A stretch of DNA of 53,191 nucleotides, counting the filler, from Squatina squatina (lineage: Eukaryota), in the NCBI GenBank assembly GCA_031763465.1. It is 3 parts of 3 records of this genome, joined end to end, with 100 filler letters (N's around TTAATTAATTAA, not from the genome) between each part and the next. Parts side by side here need not be neighbours in the genome. Positions count along the whole stretch, not along the records: positions 1 to 18,650 come from JARFOE010000192.1; positions 18,751 to 37,009 come from JARFOE010000233.1; 1 more part is not named here. One strand, given 5' to 3'. Every line of letters starts with the position of its first letter. The stretch's first letter is position 1. The notes under the pieces were generated by a model. It searched no databases. It was given only the letters and a program-made list of their open reading frames with translations, and was not told where the DNA came from. The position numbers were made by a program, and so were the translations under genes. Below are positions 13,022 to 26,009 of the stretch, in pieces.

Positions 13022-14255
13022 CTATCCTTTTCACACATCAGGGAGCAGAGCAACACTTACCTCATATGAAATGGCAGCATTCCGCATACAAAAAGCACCA
13101 AAAATAGACGCTCCAGTTCATTGTTATCTCCGTTTTTCAAATTTAGCTAGGGTAATTTGAAATAGTATNNNNNNNNNNNNNNNNNNNNNNNNNNNNNNNN
13201 NNNNNNNNNNNNNNNNNNNNNNNNNNNNNNNNNNNNNNNNNNNNNNNNNNNNNNNNNNNNNNNNNNNNAATTCGCATGGCATTTATTCCTGGACCAAGAA
13301 TTGCAATTCAACCTGCAACATCTGACTTCTGGGGGCGGGGCGGGGCAGGGGGAGGTGGGGTGGGGAAAGAGAGAAAACAGTTTAATAGTCAAATTAATCA
13401 TTAAAAAAAAAACTTTACAACCTAAAAGAAAACTAAAATTTATTACTGATACAGAAGTATGTGCATTACTTAAATCTTGTACATGTTCCTTTGTATATTA
13501 GTATTCCCTTTTTTTTTAAAAAAAGGGGACATTCCCACCCTTTCACACAATTTTCTAAAGTGAACTAGTTCCAAACCCTCTCGCTCTTCTCTGCGTGCCC
13601 ATCCACACCACCCCCCCACCCCAAAATACTGGGCTATGATTAGTGACAAAATGATAGAATCCAGTCAATTGAACAATGAAGCCTTCCATGCCACCTTTAA
13701 AAAGGATAACAATGACCGCTAAAGGGCATATTGCTTTAATGTAAAAGGGATACATACCAATATTGCTATTTAAGAAAAGGATTCTTACCCAATATAATCC
13801 TGCAGCAATTTGTTTTATAAACTATCTTCCATTTCATGATTCATCTGCAACTGATGGACTCAATGTGCACACTTTGATGATACCAGTTGGGGGTAGGAAC
13901 CTCCACAATGACAGCATGTGAATGCATAAAGCAACACAAAATACATTTTTAGCCATCAGTCATTTAGCAATTTCGCCAACTCTAAATACTACCACAAAAC
14001 CTTATTTTGCTGCAAGCAGGCCTAAAACTTGAAAATTTAGAACTGGCATCTGATATCATGCTTCATTCTATGGAAGCCAATAAAACAGAGGAAGACTTCA
14101 AAAATGCAGCTGTATTTATTGAAATCCATTCAACCTTTTTCTCAATACAGATTAANNNNNNNNNNNNNNNNNNNNNNNNNNNNNNNNNNNNNNNNNNNNN
14201 NNNNNNNNNNNNNNNNNNNNNNNNNNNNNNNNNNNNNNNNNNNNNNNNNNNNNNN

Positions 14256-14350
14256 TGAGGTCAGAATCAGATCAGCCATGATCTCCTTGAATGGCGGAGC
14301 AGGTTCGAAGTGCCAAATGGCCTACTCCTGCTCCTATTTCTTATGTTCTT
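14256..14350 (+). mobile_element. CR1 LINE 3' terminus
   Basis: gatcagccatgatctccttgaatggcggagcaggttcgaag...atggcctactcctgctcctatttcttatgttctt is a typical shark CR1 tail ending in short tandem repeats. Confidence 0.8.
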
Positions 14351-14755
14351 ATTTATATACCGTCTTTCATGACCTCAGGATGTCCCAAAGCACTTTACAG
14401 CCAATGAAGTACTTTTGAAATGTAGCACTGTTGTAACGTAGGAAATGCGGCAGCCAATTTGGTCCCACAAGGGCCCACAAACAAAAATGTGTTAATGACC
14501 AGATAATCTGTTCTTGTGATGTTGAATTGTTGATTGCTGGATAAATATTGGCCAGGATAACGGGGTGAACTCCCCTANNNNNNNNNNACTCTTCTTTGGA
14601 ATAGTGCCAAGGGATCTTTTATGTCCACCCAAGAGGCAGACGGGGCCGCGGTTTAACATTTCATCCAAAAGACAGCATCTCTGAGTGCAGCACTCCCTCA
14701 GTACTGCACTGGGAGTAGTTTATGCCCTCGTTTCTCAAATTGGACTTAAACCCAT
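14351..14755 (-). mobile_element. Deu-domain SINE (SacSINE1-like)
   Basis: The minus strand contains a Deu-core-like ctgtcttttggatgaaatgttaaacc...aaaagatcccttggcactatt...cctggccaatatttatcc and the tail gtaaagtgctttgggacatcctgaggtcatgaaag. Confidence 0.75.
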
Positions 14756-15971
14756 ACACTTAGCCATGAGATGCACTGTGCCACACCATCCATCACCTGG
14801 TTAAAACAGAGTCTTGGGTTTCACTGGCAATCCAGTTGGAATGACTGGGAGTTCTGTCTCAGGAATGGGATCGCTGCTGGCAATTGCTTCAGCTCGAAAC
14901 CACAGCATTGCAATTAGTTTCTCAATCGTGGACATAAAGCGACCAAAGGAGACTAAGTTCCTGCAGCTTTTATTGTTTTAGAACAGATACTGCAAGTGAA
15001 GTATCGTCATTTATTAATCTGCTTTCATTTTCTTGCTTTAATAAACATAAGTTCGTACTTTCAAATGGCAACAGTTGCAAAGTCAACTCGATTTACAGGA
15101 GGTGAAGTTTGAGGCTGAGGATACCAGACCTTGGGCAAGAGCTAGTATGAAACTGGCAGGTTATAGATAACCTTGCTGCTTAATCCAGTACAACCAGCCC
15201 GCCTAGACCAACCCTTGAATGCTTCAATCACTGATCCTTTATCAGAAATGCTACAACAGCTACAAGTGTGTGCGCAAGTACACAAAAATAACCAGATATT
15301 TCAAAAGTATTCTATATATAATTTAAAAACCTGATTTTGTTAGACATCTAGGTAAGGCAGAGTATCGTACTTCAGGTGAAGTGTACTTAGTAATAGACAA
15401 GTCAAAATCTCAACCACTCCTAGGTTTCATGCTGTAGACCATTAATACATCATGCCACACCATTTATTATTAGTAAGCAAATTTTTCACTGATTAAAAAC
15501 TATTTTAATTGCACCCATTTGTTCATTCCTATAATGCCACTATAACTACTGCAGGTACATTGTAAAGTTCAAATTACCCTGCAAAGATAGTATACATCTG
15601 CTTTTGCCTGCTTTCTGGTAGAAAGAAGAAATTGCTTCCCTGTCACCAAGATCTCCTCAATGTATGAAATATTTGTACTGGTTCCTTCTAGCTCAAGAAA
15701 GAAAAAAGTGCTTTAGTATGTAGTGTCCTGTTCATTGCTTAAAATCAATCACTTTATGCAAACCTTCCTGATTCAACCCAAATAAAATTTAGGATAGTTA
15801 TTAAATATTTTATTTAACGTTTCAAAATAACACTAGGACATTTGACCAAGTGTGTTGAGAGGGGGTTCAGAAAAACAAAAAAAATAGACCACACATGAGC
15901 AACTCTCCACAGAAATATTTTTGCAGTCAGACTGGATCCAGGAATCTGATCCAATTTCTATTGCCCTATCC

Positions 15972-16211
15972 CTAAAAATGTTTTTGATCAATTATTCTAA
16001 TTGCTCGTTTTTGCAGTATCACAAGTTTATTAATGTTAGTTTCATAATTCCTGTCCCAGATCACTGCACAATAACTTAGATGGGGAAGAATTAATGTATT
16101 GTACAGCAAGAGAAGCTGCTGTGAGGATAAATAGTGTTTGGATCTTCCCATAACTCCTATATTACGGCTTATCACAGATGCTACACTACTTATATGACTA
16201 CTCCACTTAAG
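15972..16211 (-). mobile_element. L2/Crack-clade LINE RT C-terminal fragment
   Basis: LKWSSHISSVASVISRNIGVM...LLLLYNTLILPHLSYCAVIW...LVILQKRAIRII shows the L.W..HI, LY..LI.P.L.YC..W and LQKRAIR motifs of the LINE ORF2 post-RT region. Confidence 0.8.
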
Positions 16212-17288
16212 NNNNNNNNNNNNNNNNNNNNNNNNNNNNNNNNNNNNNNNNNNNNNNNNNNNNNNNNNNNNNNNNNNNNNNNNNNNNNNNNNNNNNNNNN
16301 NNNNNNNNNNNATACACACTTTTAGAAGTGTGTCTGAAATAGGTTTCATTGTTTCCTTACCAGTTAGGAATTCAAAGACAACACTAAAGTTAACTGTAGG
16401 AAATTTGTAACGGAAATGAACCACAGATTGAAAATAAAATACATACAAGGTGAACAATGAAACCAGTCTTAAAATACAATGAAGAGCTGTTAAGCAATTT
16501 GAGTCACTATACTGAACAAACTTGTCAGATTATACTAGCCATTCTCTCTGCATTTAGCAAATTCCTGCACGAAGGCTATACCAGAGTGCAGACACTTCTA
16601 CTAGACTAAAATCTTCACAAACTTACAGGTCATGCTATTTTTAATTTATATGTCCATAAACAACATAAATAGTGATATGGCACACAAAAGAGCTATTTCC
16701 CCAATTTTAACCTCAGAATACCTTCAACGCAACAAAGAAAAAGCTAAAGGCTGTAGGAAGCCACAGCAGCCATCCTGTGCAGTACTACTCAACAATCAAA
16801 AGCAGTCAGGCTGCCTAGTTTGCAATGGCTTCCCCCTCTACTGATTGTAGTCAGAGGTCGAGGGAGGAAGTAACCCTAGACATAAGAAAGAACACCCACT
16901 TCACAGCCATTTTTCATTACCTTCCAGGCACAGCAAATCAATTTGGGCCTCAAGCTTCACTCACCAAGATGCACATGAAGGAAGCGCCTTTTAAAAAAAA
17001 ATTCAAGAAGTGTTTACAATGTCCTTCCAGGAAAATAAATACTGTTTTTAAGAGAATACTTGGTTCACTTACAGTTGTCTGCAAAATGCCATCAAATTCT
17101 GAAGAGACAGTTTCTAACCCCAGGTGGCAAGTGTCAGATCTGCACCCATCCCCCAAACTAAACTGCCCATTGCACAACAAATGACAGCAGGCTGTTTGCA
17201 TAATCAGATTTTGAGCATGTACATTGCCCACTGGACACCAGCTGCTGTGATATCACAGCAAAGAATACTACTGAACTCCACTACAAAC

Positions 17289-17291
<3 letters not shown>

Positions 17292-17334
<43 letters not shown>
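17292..17334. repeat. (AG)n microsatellite
   Basis: About 21 perfect AG units. Confidence 0.95.
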
Positions 17335-17336
<2 letters not shown>

Positions 17337-17789
17337 CAGTCACAATCAGTTGGGAATTCATTAAAATTAAATGAATATAGAATGTGAATATAGTTTTATT
17401 TTCACTTTACTCCCATTAACAAATTGTCCTGATTGAAAAGCAACCTGCATTGCTGACATATGTATAGTTTGGTTGTGCATTTTGAAAATTAAGTATATAT
17501 TCAAGAGACCTAAAGTCATCTTAAAGGCTTACCCCTCCCCCCATTACATATCCCCACCCAAGTGAGCCCTGACCATGCCCCCTCCAATAGCAGCATGCAG
17601 TCTTTCATCCTTTTAATGCTTCACTAAGTGCTCTATGGCACCATATTCCCAACCTGCCTTTCACAGCAGGTACAAAGGTCGCTTTTGCAATGGTGGGCGT
17701 ACCCACGTCAGTTCTGAACGTTCCAACGCGAGCTGGAATGCAGTGACTGCTGGGCCCAAGAAGCAGACACTAGGAGGGGGGGTCACCAA

Positions 17790-17894
17790 GGTTTGTTCTC
17801 CCCCAAAGAGGTGGGCTTTAAGGAGAGTTGTAAAGGGAAGAGGTTGGTGACATTGGGGTTTAGGGAGGAAATTCCAGAGCATGGGGTCTGGGCA
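17790..17894 (-). mobile_element. L2 LINE 3'-region fragment
   Basis: The minus-strand ORF has LWNFLP...FTTLLKAHLF, resembling the LWNSLP...FK..LKTHLF end of L2 ORF2. Confidence 0.55.
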
Positions 17895-18650
17895 NNNNNN
17901 NNNNNNNNNNNNNNNNNNNNNNNNNNNNNNNNNNNNNNNNNNNNNNNNNNNNNNNNNNNNNNNNNNNNNNNNNNNNNNNNNNNNNNNNNNNNNNTGATGA
18001 GGATGTGGATTAGCAGTACCCCACTCATTTGCCTCCAAGCCTCGAGGAAAAGTGAGCAGAACGAGGGAAGCTACTTGCTGCTCAACTATGCACATCTCAA
18101 GTCACAAGAGAGAAAAAACTGTAGATAATTCAAACTGAATTTCCCAGCTTGAAAAATGAAAATATTCAGGACTCTGGCATTTGGATAAATATGCACATTG
18201 TGCATTGATGAAAACCCAAGCAGGAAGACAGGGCGAAACAGTTGCATATATCATTTGTTGGTATATTAGCAAGGCAAGATTTTTCCCATTTGGAACTGCT
18301 GACCAGACCCAACTATACATAAACCCTCACAAAAGTAAGGTTTAAAAAATGTACAAGGTTTTTTTTAAAAAAAGTACAAAAAGAATGCAAATACCAAAAG
18401 GTATGTTCACTAAATCCAGTCCTTCAGACCAAAGTGAATATTTGTGTAGGAAAGGCTTTAAGTACAGCTCATAGAATTCACATACCAGCAAACTGGGTGG
18501 GCTTCTGTACTGGTACATATGCAAGATTCCAAATACTGTAGAAGTAAGTTACTGAATAAAGCTAAATAACTGATCAATCTTTTTCCACACATGTTCATCA
18601 ACAGCCTAATGCTCAATTGATTTACATATGAAATCAGACACAATGAACAT

Positions 18651-18750
18651 NNNNNNNNNNNNNNNNNNNNNNNNNNNNNNNNNNNNNNNNNNNNTTAATT
18701 AATTAANNNNNNNNNNNNNNNNNNNNNNNNNNNNNNNNNNNNNNNNNNNN
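18651..18750. other. Artificial scaffold-concatenation spacer (N44-TTAATTAATTAA-N44)
   Basis: Exactly 100 bp. The palindromic 12-mer gives stop codons in all six frames. An identical structure lies at 37010-37109, and the gene neighbourhood changes at each spacer. Confidence 0.97.
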
Positions 18751-19666
18751 TAGCAATTATAAGAGTTCCATTTGAGGTCAGAAGAGATATTGCCGCCAAA
18801 AATGTTGAAAGGGGATTAAGAGTGAAACCATCAGAAATAAGAGATTACTACTGTCTGGTTAGTCTTACAGGAGACAAAAAAGAAACTTTCGGCATTAATT
18901 TCCATAGTGTTTCTTCAGCTATAACTTTGGCAGAAGATTTGAGGAAAGCCCAGAGAGACGGCACACGCAGGTTTCTGCAGATCTTCCACTAAAGTTACAG
19001 TAGTCAATCAGTGGAAATTCAACCCCTTTGATTTTGAAGAATTCCAAGAAGCAGCATTTTCAAAGACCCATTTAAGGACATGGAGGGACTTTGCTGTTGG
19101 GCTGCATGAAGACTGGAGGCTGTGAATGCTGTGCAGTATGAAGGTAGTTTATGAATATAGACTGGAGTCATCAGAAAAGGGTGGATAGGGTTGGATCATT
19201 ATGGGAGACCATTAATTTGAAAGAAGAACAGAGAGAGAATGGCCTTGCGGAACTTGTAAGTTAATGGAAAAAAAAAGTCAAAGGATGCGCCATTAATTAT
19301 AGTACAGATAGAAAAAAAAAAGGAACAAACATTGATATAGCACCTTTTGCATCCTCAGGATGCCCCAAGCGCTTTTGACGTGCAGTCACTTGTAACATTT
19401 AGTATGGAGATAGGATGTGGGCAGCTGCATTTTAGGTATGTCTCGATTTTAGGCTGTCAAATAACGTTATCTTGCGTCATGCAGCGCTGCAGGCTACTAT
19501 GAGCATTGGCTTTACAAAGCATGCTAGATTGCAGACCAAGTTCCTATGAATATGGTATTAAAATACATCAACTCATTATATTAAAACAATGGAAATATAT
19601 TTTTCTCTGATTCTTTAGGTTTCATTATGGAATTTAAGATCATTAAATGATACTTAGGATATTAAG

Positions 19667-21478
19667 ATGATTTCTGCAAGAGTAGAAACTTGGCTGGAAG
19701 CAACATGGCACCTCAAAGTTCCTTCACATTGGCTTCAAGCATGTTTAGAGTGGATTCAACAGGAGAACCAAGGTGCTGCTTTGACACAGGCACATATCAA
19801 CAAACAGGTTTTTGAGCAATGGCTTCTCACTGATCTCCGAGATCTGGAGCACCGAATTTTGCCAGATGGAATCGCAGAAACACACAAGAGTGAGNNNNNN
19901 NNNNNNNNNNNNNNNNNNNNNNNNNNNNNNNNNNNNNNNNNNNNNNNNNNNNNNNNNNNNNNNNNNNNNNNNNNNNNNNNNNNNNNNNNNNNNNNNNNNN
20001 NNNNNNNNNNNNNNNNNNNNNNNNNNNNNNNNNNNNNNNNNNNNNNNNNNNNNNNNNNNNNNNNNNNNNNNNNNNNNNNNNNNNNNNNNNNNNNNNNNNN
20101 NNNNNNNNNNNNNNNNNNNNNNNNNNNNNNNNNNNNNNNNNNNNNNNNNNNNNNNNNNNNNNNNNNNNNNNNNNNNNNNNNNNNNNNNNNNNNNNNNNNN
20201 NNNNNNNNNNNNNNNNNNNNNNNNNNNNNNNNNNNNNNNNNNNNNNNNNNNNNNNNNNNNNNNNNNNNNNNNNNNNNNNNNNNNNNNNNNNNNNNNNNNN
20301 NNNNNNNNNNNNNNNNNNNNNNNNNNNNNNNNNNNNNNNNNNNNAGGACTGATGGGATGCCTCAGCTTTTGGGACCTTCAGATGATGAGCTGTTGGCTGG
20401 TTTTGATGACGATGATCTGTATTTGGATCCCAGGATGGATTCTGAAAGTGGGTATGGTAGTAAAATTGGCACTTCAAGCAGTATCTCGAGTTGCACGCAG
20501 CCTCCAACCAGTGCTCTGGGTAGCAGATGGCAAAATATTGAGTTCCAGGTTCCACAAATGTCCAGAGAATTTCAAAGTGAAAATAGAGAATTATTAGATT
20601 ATAACGATGAAGACTTTGACGAGTTTCCCATGGATGANNNNNNNNNNGTTCTTGCAGGGTGAAATGAATGCAGAAATTGAGCCTGATGGAGCAATGAGCC
20701 TGTCCCCAAAATCACACACATCCTTGGCAGAGGAACCGCAGAGAAGTACTACGAAGCGTGTTGCTGCAGCAAACACCAGACCCAGTCCATGCCAAGAGCA
20801 AAATGTAAAAGCTGCTGATAACACTTCTGGCTATAAATTACAAAGCCAAGCTAAACACTTTGCAAGTGGCATATATACTGAAAATGCAGGACCAAGTTCC
20901 ATGCTAAGTAACATAAATGCTCACAATTCCCTCAACAAGACGGGCATTCACTCAGTTGAAAGAAGAAATAACACAAATATTCTCACTGTGGAACTGGAAA
21001 GTAAGCAGCTGAAATCTTCAGTGCCATATGAGCCCTTTGACAGTGGACCGATGCATGTCACTAATCCTGAAAATGTGTGCACTATATCTGAAATAATTCC
21101 AAGTTCTTCCAGCAATGGAGCTAGTTTTCATCAAGCCTGTTTGAAAATAAGCAATGTAAATGAAAGAAAATCCAACCGTGGTTCTGTAGTATTGAATTCT
21201 CCACCATTTACATACCTAAATATTCTCTTAGGTAAGAAACCTGCTGTAATAACTGTAGTACAAATCAAAGGCTTCATTGTTACTTTACTGGACAAACTCA
21301 CAAGTAATGCTGGTCTGTGGCGTATTAAAGCTAGAATATCAGATGGTACTGCCTACATGGAGGCAGAATTTGGTAATGATATTTTGAGAAGTCTGATTGG
21401 TTTTTCAGTGGCTGAAATGAGAGTCTCAATAAAATGTCCTAACCGGCAGCAAGAGGTAACTGCGGGGTTGCAGAAATG
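19667..21478 (+). CDS. RMI1: RMI1 (RecQ-mediated genome instability protein 1), single coding exon, interrupted by gaps and 3'-incomplete
   Basis: The N-terminus [34 protein letters not shown]...[17 protein letters not shown], the central GPSDDELLA and the C-terminal OB fold PPFTYL...FIVTL...ARISDGTAY...LIGFSV...LQKC all match RMI1. There is a splice acceptor at 19617-19618 in the 5'UTR. The frame change at the 10-N gap (20638-20647) is attributable to gap sizing. Confidence 0.95.
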
Positions 21479-22540
21479 NNNNNNNNNNNNNNNNNNNNNN
21501 NNNNNNNNNNNNNNNNNNNNNNNNNNNNNNNNNNNNNNNNNNNNNNNNNNNNNNNNNNNNNNNNNNNNNNNNNNNNNNGTTGTAAGGAAGCAGATGTTGG
21601 TCTCATTGAACATTTAATGACCTAAATGGTATGCAATTTATTCTGAGAATGGGCGCTTGGTCATGGTAGTAACATTACTTCATGCAACAGGGATGTAACA
21701 TAAATATTCAATGATAATCAAAATATTTTATAGCAACTGCTGTATATTTCATGTTTCAGTATTAATATACACAAGAAAATAGTTCATTGATGTAAATTTT
21801 AAACATGTTAAATCAATCCCCTCAAATGATTGCAAAGCTCAGCATTAATTTGTGTGGCTTATTTATTTCAACTAATAGCTGAATATATTTTAGCTGATTA
21901 TTTTTCAGAAGTGTCTCCATGAATAAAAGACAGCATAATGGTTAACACAATTTGAATGAACAAGCTTGCATTTCCAATTAAAGAAAATAATAACATTCTC
22001 CTTTGATTGAAGAAGTTCAATTGCCTCTGAGTTCACAAATGGAAATGTTGCTATAGTAACACTGTGACAGAGCAAAAATATATTTTATGTGCAGTAAGAG
22101 TCTGACTCATAAAAATCTGACAAGAATTGCAGACTGAGTTTGTTGCAGTTTTCNNNNNNNNNNAACAACATGACCAGCGGACAGGAGTGAGCCTTTGGTA
22201 GCATTCCTGCCTCTCAGTCCAAAGTGAAGTGTTCAAATCCCACTCCAGACAGTCCTGGTGAGTGGAATCAGAGCTCCAGCTCTGAATTCTGTATTGACAA
22301 CTAGTGGGTGTGGGTGGCCTCTCCTCATCAGCTGGTATAAAGATGGTTACAGCCCATGCAGTGTTCATGTCTCAGCCTGCAAATCCTTCCACTAGTTCAC
22401 ACTGTTCTCCAAGGGAAGAGTGAGAAGATATGAAATGATANNNNNNNNNNNNNNNNNNNNNNNNNNNNNNNNNNNNNNNNNNNNNNNNNNNNNNNNNNNN
22501 NNNNNNNNNNNNNNNNNNNNNNNNNNNNNNNNNNNNNNNN

Positions 22541-22960
22541 AATTTGGTTTTCCCAGTCTGTGTAGATTAAAGTCCCTCATGATTACTGTTACCCTTGTTG
22601 CATGCACCTCTAATTTCCTGGTTTATACCATGTCCTACATTACCACGACTGTTTGGGGGCCTATAAACTACTCCCAGCAATGTTTCCTGTTTCTTAGCTC
22701 CACCCAAACTGACTCTACATCTTGATCTTCCAAGCCAAGATCCTTTCTCACTATTGTACTGATCTCATCCTTAACAGCGCTATCCCACCTCCTTTTCCTT
22801 TTTTGCCTGTCCTTCTTAAATGTGGAATAGCCTTGATCACCTTGCAACCATGTTTCCTTAATAGCAATTAGATCTTACCCATTTACTTCTATTTGTATCG
22901 TTAATTCATCTACCTTGTTGTGAATGCTGCGTGCATGCAAATAAAGTGTCTTTAATTTTG
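22541..22960 (-). mobile_element. CR1 LINE ORF2 endonuclease fragment
   Basis: LYLHARSIHNKVDEL (NARS-type motif) and VIMRDFNLH (GDFN motif), with frameshifts. Confidence 0.8.
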
Positions 22961-23078
22961 CCTTTTTAACATATTTCCATACTTTGACCATATTTGCTGC
23001 TTTTGTTTCTGCTGCCTTCCAGTTTTGCTTACTACTTTTCTGCCTTCCATTTCCTGCTTTGTTTCTCTCGCTTCTGAA

Positions 23079-23161
23079 TAGAAACATAGAAAACATGGAA
23101 AATAGGAGCAGGAGTAGTCCATTCGGCCCTTCGAGCTTGCTTCACCATTCAATACGATCGT
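23079..23161 (-). mobile_element. CR1 LINE 3' terminus
   Basis: atagaaacatagaaaac...ataggagcaggagtagtccattcggccc is the reverse complement of the CR1 tail. Confidence 0.75.
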
Positions 23162-23429
23162 NNNNNNNNNNNNNNNNNNNNNNNNNNNNNNNNNNNNNNN
23201 NNNNNNNNNNNNNNNNNNNNNNNNNNNNNNNNNNNNNNNNNNNNNNNNNNNNNNNNNNNNNCAGAAAATTGCGTGTCGAAGGAAGATCCCGTGAAGAAAG
23301 CCCTACTCAGCCAACGCCTCACAACCAATCTGATGACGCTCAATGAATCAGAGCCGCAGAGTGTCCACACTGACTAGCCTGCACTTAAGTCCACCATAAT
23401 CAGCACCTGTGAAGAGACTTTTAGTTTCT

Positions 23430-23903
23430 CTAACAGGAAACATCAAGACTGGATCCACAAGAGCAACCAGGAGATCCAGGAGCTATTAAATCATAAATGC
23501 AAGGCGTTCTTGAAGTGGAAGCACCACCAAAACTCAAGGGAAAGAAAACAGATCTACAGACAAATGAGGGGCAAGGTCCAACAGAAATCCTGTGACCTAA
23601 AAAATAGATGGTGGGNNNNNNNNNNAGATCCAGCAACTAGCCAACAACTACAATGTGCATGGATTCTTCAGCGCAGTCGAGACCATCTACGGCCCAAGCA
23701 GCCAAGGACCTACTCTACTGAGAGCTAAGAACGGAGAGGTGCTCATCAAGGACAGAAAGGCAGTCAGCGCCTGCTGGAAGGAGCACTTCGAGGATCTCCT
23801 CAACCAAGACTCGCTCTTTGACGCGCGTATCCTTGACTCCATTCCACAGCATGCTACCCACCACTACTTCAGCACAAACCCAGCCCAGCATGAGGTTGAT
23901 AAG
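23430..23903 (+). mobile_element. RTE-clade LINE ORF fragment (endonuclease-RT linker)
   Basis: MHGFFSAVETIYGPSSQGPTLLRAKNGEVLIKDRKAVSACWKEHFEDLLN has the FF..VK.IYGP and W.EHF..LLN motifs of RTE elements. Confidence 0.8.
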
Positions 23904-26009
23904 NNNNNNNNNNNNNNNNNNNNNNNNNNNNNNNNNNNNNNNNNNNNNNNNNNNNNNNNNNNNNNNNNNNNNNNNNNNNNNNNNNNNNNNNNNNNNNNNN
24001 NNNGTTTCTCAAAAACAGCACCACAAATGTCTCCTGGTCTAATCCACATCTTGCTGGCTTTGTAGAACAAAACCACTTAACTTTTGGATGGTGGTACCTT
24101 TTGATCTGTGTGGGGCTGGCCTCAATGCCTGCTTCTTTTGGTCACACTTGCTATTGGGTGCCTCTCTGCTGTACCAAAAGGAAAATGAATTGGAAGGCTC
24201 TGTTAAATCCTTCTCATCTCATTTGCATGACAACCTTATGCTTTTGCCTGCTTCAGATGCAGCACTCCACTCCACCTCGAGGATCCCAGGAAATTCTTGG
24301 GAAATGTAAAGGTGTCAACCTGGTGTTACAATTCTTCATCCCTTTTTCACCTCCTTTACACCTGGGAATTGATGCTCTTCTTGGAGTTGTGGGGCGAAGT
24401 GTGCTGGAAGGGCTGAAGATTTTTATCCCCACTATTTGATTTGTGTTCCTGTTTTTTTTTCCTCTCTTATTCCCTCAAAGCTCCAAATACCCTGTCCTAC
24501 GCACCCTTCCTATTCCTTACATTCCATTTGTGTTGAGATCAAGACTTATCCACAGTTAAGCTCCTAACTTATTCTTTCTTAGGACCTCAAACTGTTATTT
24601 TCTTCCCTCTCTTTGCATCCTCCTACAATCTTCAAACCCAATCTAGGTACCACCTAGTTATTAGATATTGGCTTATCTTGTCTTTATTCCTTACAACCTT
24701 GGTACTTAGCAATTTTGAACCTATACTTTGATTTCCCAAAAAGTGCAAAACCAATTTTTAAAGATATCACTATAAATTTCTTTGTAACAATATTCCATGT
24801 GATACTTTAGACTGTTTTCCATTGTTCAGATTGGCTGGATAATGCAAATGTCCATGGATACATCTCCCACAGAGTCACTGGTGGCAGCAGGCAACATATT
24901 TGTGGGGCAGGTGAGTACAACTCAGATGGATAAGATTAGTAGAGTTTAGATTGGCTATCTTCCAGATTTAAACATTTCAGGGCCAAGTTTGCTCCCCCCT
25001 CCACCTGGGCACTAGGCAGACAGAGCCCACTGATTTGTGCTCTATCTGCAATGANNNNNNNNNNNNNNNNNNNNNNNNNNNNNNNNNNNNNNNNNNNNNN
25101 NNNNNNNNNNNNNNNNNNNNNNNNNNNNNNNNNNNNNNNNNNNNNNNNNNNNNNAAGGTAGTGCTACATATGCCCTGTGTGGATTTGCTAACTTTGGTTC
25201 TGTTGGTATTGTGATAGGAGGACTGTGTAAGTTTTTACTTGATGTTGTGCTAGTTGAAGGATGTAATATGTACTTGCGGAAAGAGCTTTGTTTTGAAATT
25301 ATTAGGTCTTACTGGTAAATTAGGTCTAGTGTTTGAACCAATCAGTTTCACTCCATGTTGTCAAACCAGACATCAAATTCACTCATCCACCCATCCTAAA
25401 TTATGAGGCTATAGGGTAAATATTGTAATTGTGTACTCTTGGTGCAGAACTTCATTTACTATGAGTATACATCAGGAAATTACTGTTGCATACATCTGAT
25501 TTCCTGACTTGTTCCTGGAGGACAAGGCACCAAGTTAGGAATGTACAGTTGGAAAATTTATCCTTCTACAGATGTTCATTATTGTACCCTGAACATTACA
25601 AAACTATTAGTTATTACTTTGCGTTTTAGCAGCCTTTTATTTCCACAAATGTATGCACTGCTTCCTAATCGTGTGAATTTTACTTGTTCTACCTTTTGTT
25701 GTCACCATTTTAACTTTCCTACTTTTTCAGTCGACATTTTTTTCTGGTTATTTACCACCTTTTGTCACTGCTTTCAACAAGTTTGCATGTCTTTGCTTAG
25801 AATAACAATATGTTTTTGCAGTTTCTACAACATAACCATTGTAATTACATAGTACAAAAAAGTGGAAAACAATCTTGTTATTATTCCTGGTCTATTGTAG
25901 ATGCTTTCTCGGGTTCATTTGCACCAGTTGCTCCTGTAAGTGGTCTGTGCATCTTGCTTTTAATGGACGTCGTGTCATACTGCCTTATATTTACTCGTAA
26001 GGTAGCCAA

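Noticed and set aside
13331-13365. G-quadruplex-like G runs (also 34684-34723)
   Set aside because: Such G-rich low-complexity tracts are common and there is no evidence of function here.
14800-14960. Minus-strand open frame NLVSFGRFMSTIEKLIAMLWF...KPKTLF*
   Set aside because: Poor polypyrimidine tract and no recognisable homology. It does not match the missing IGF2BP3 exons.
18695-18706. TTAATTAATTAA as a biological palindrome (homeodomain site or piggyBac target)
   Set aside because: It is centred in exactly 44+44 Ns twice, so it is a synthetic linker.
20638-20647. Frameshift in RMI1
   Set aside because: The frame change coincides exactly with a 10-N placeholder gap.
24005-24439. About 145-codon open frame on the plus strand
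   Set aside because: No recognisable domain, and the Cys/Trp/Leu-rich composition is typical of non-coding frames. Possibly antisense to a decayed retroelement.
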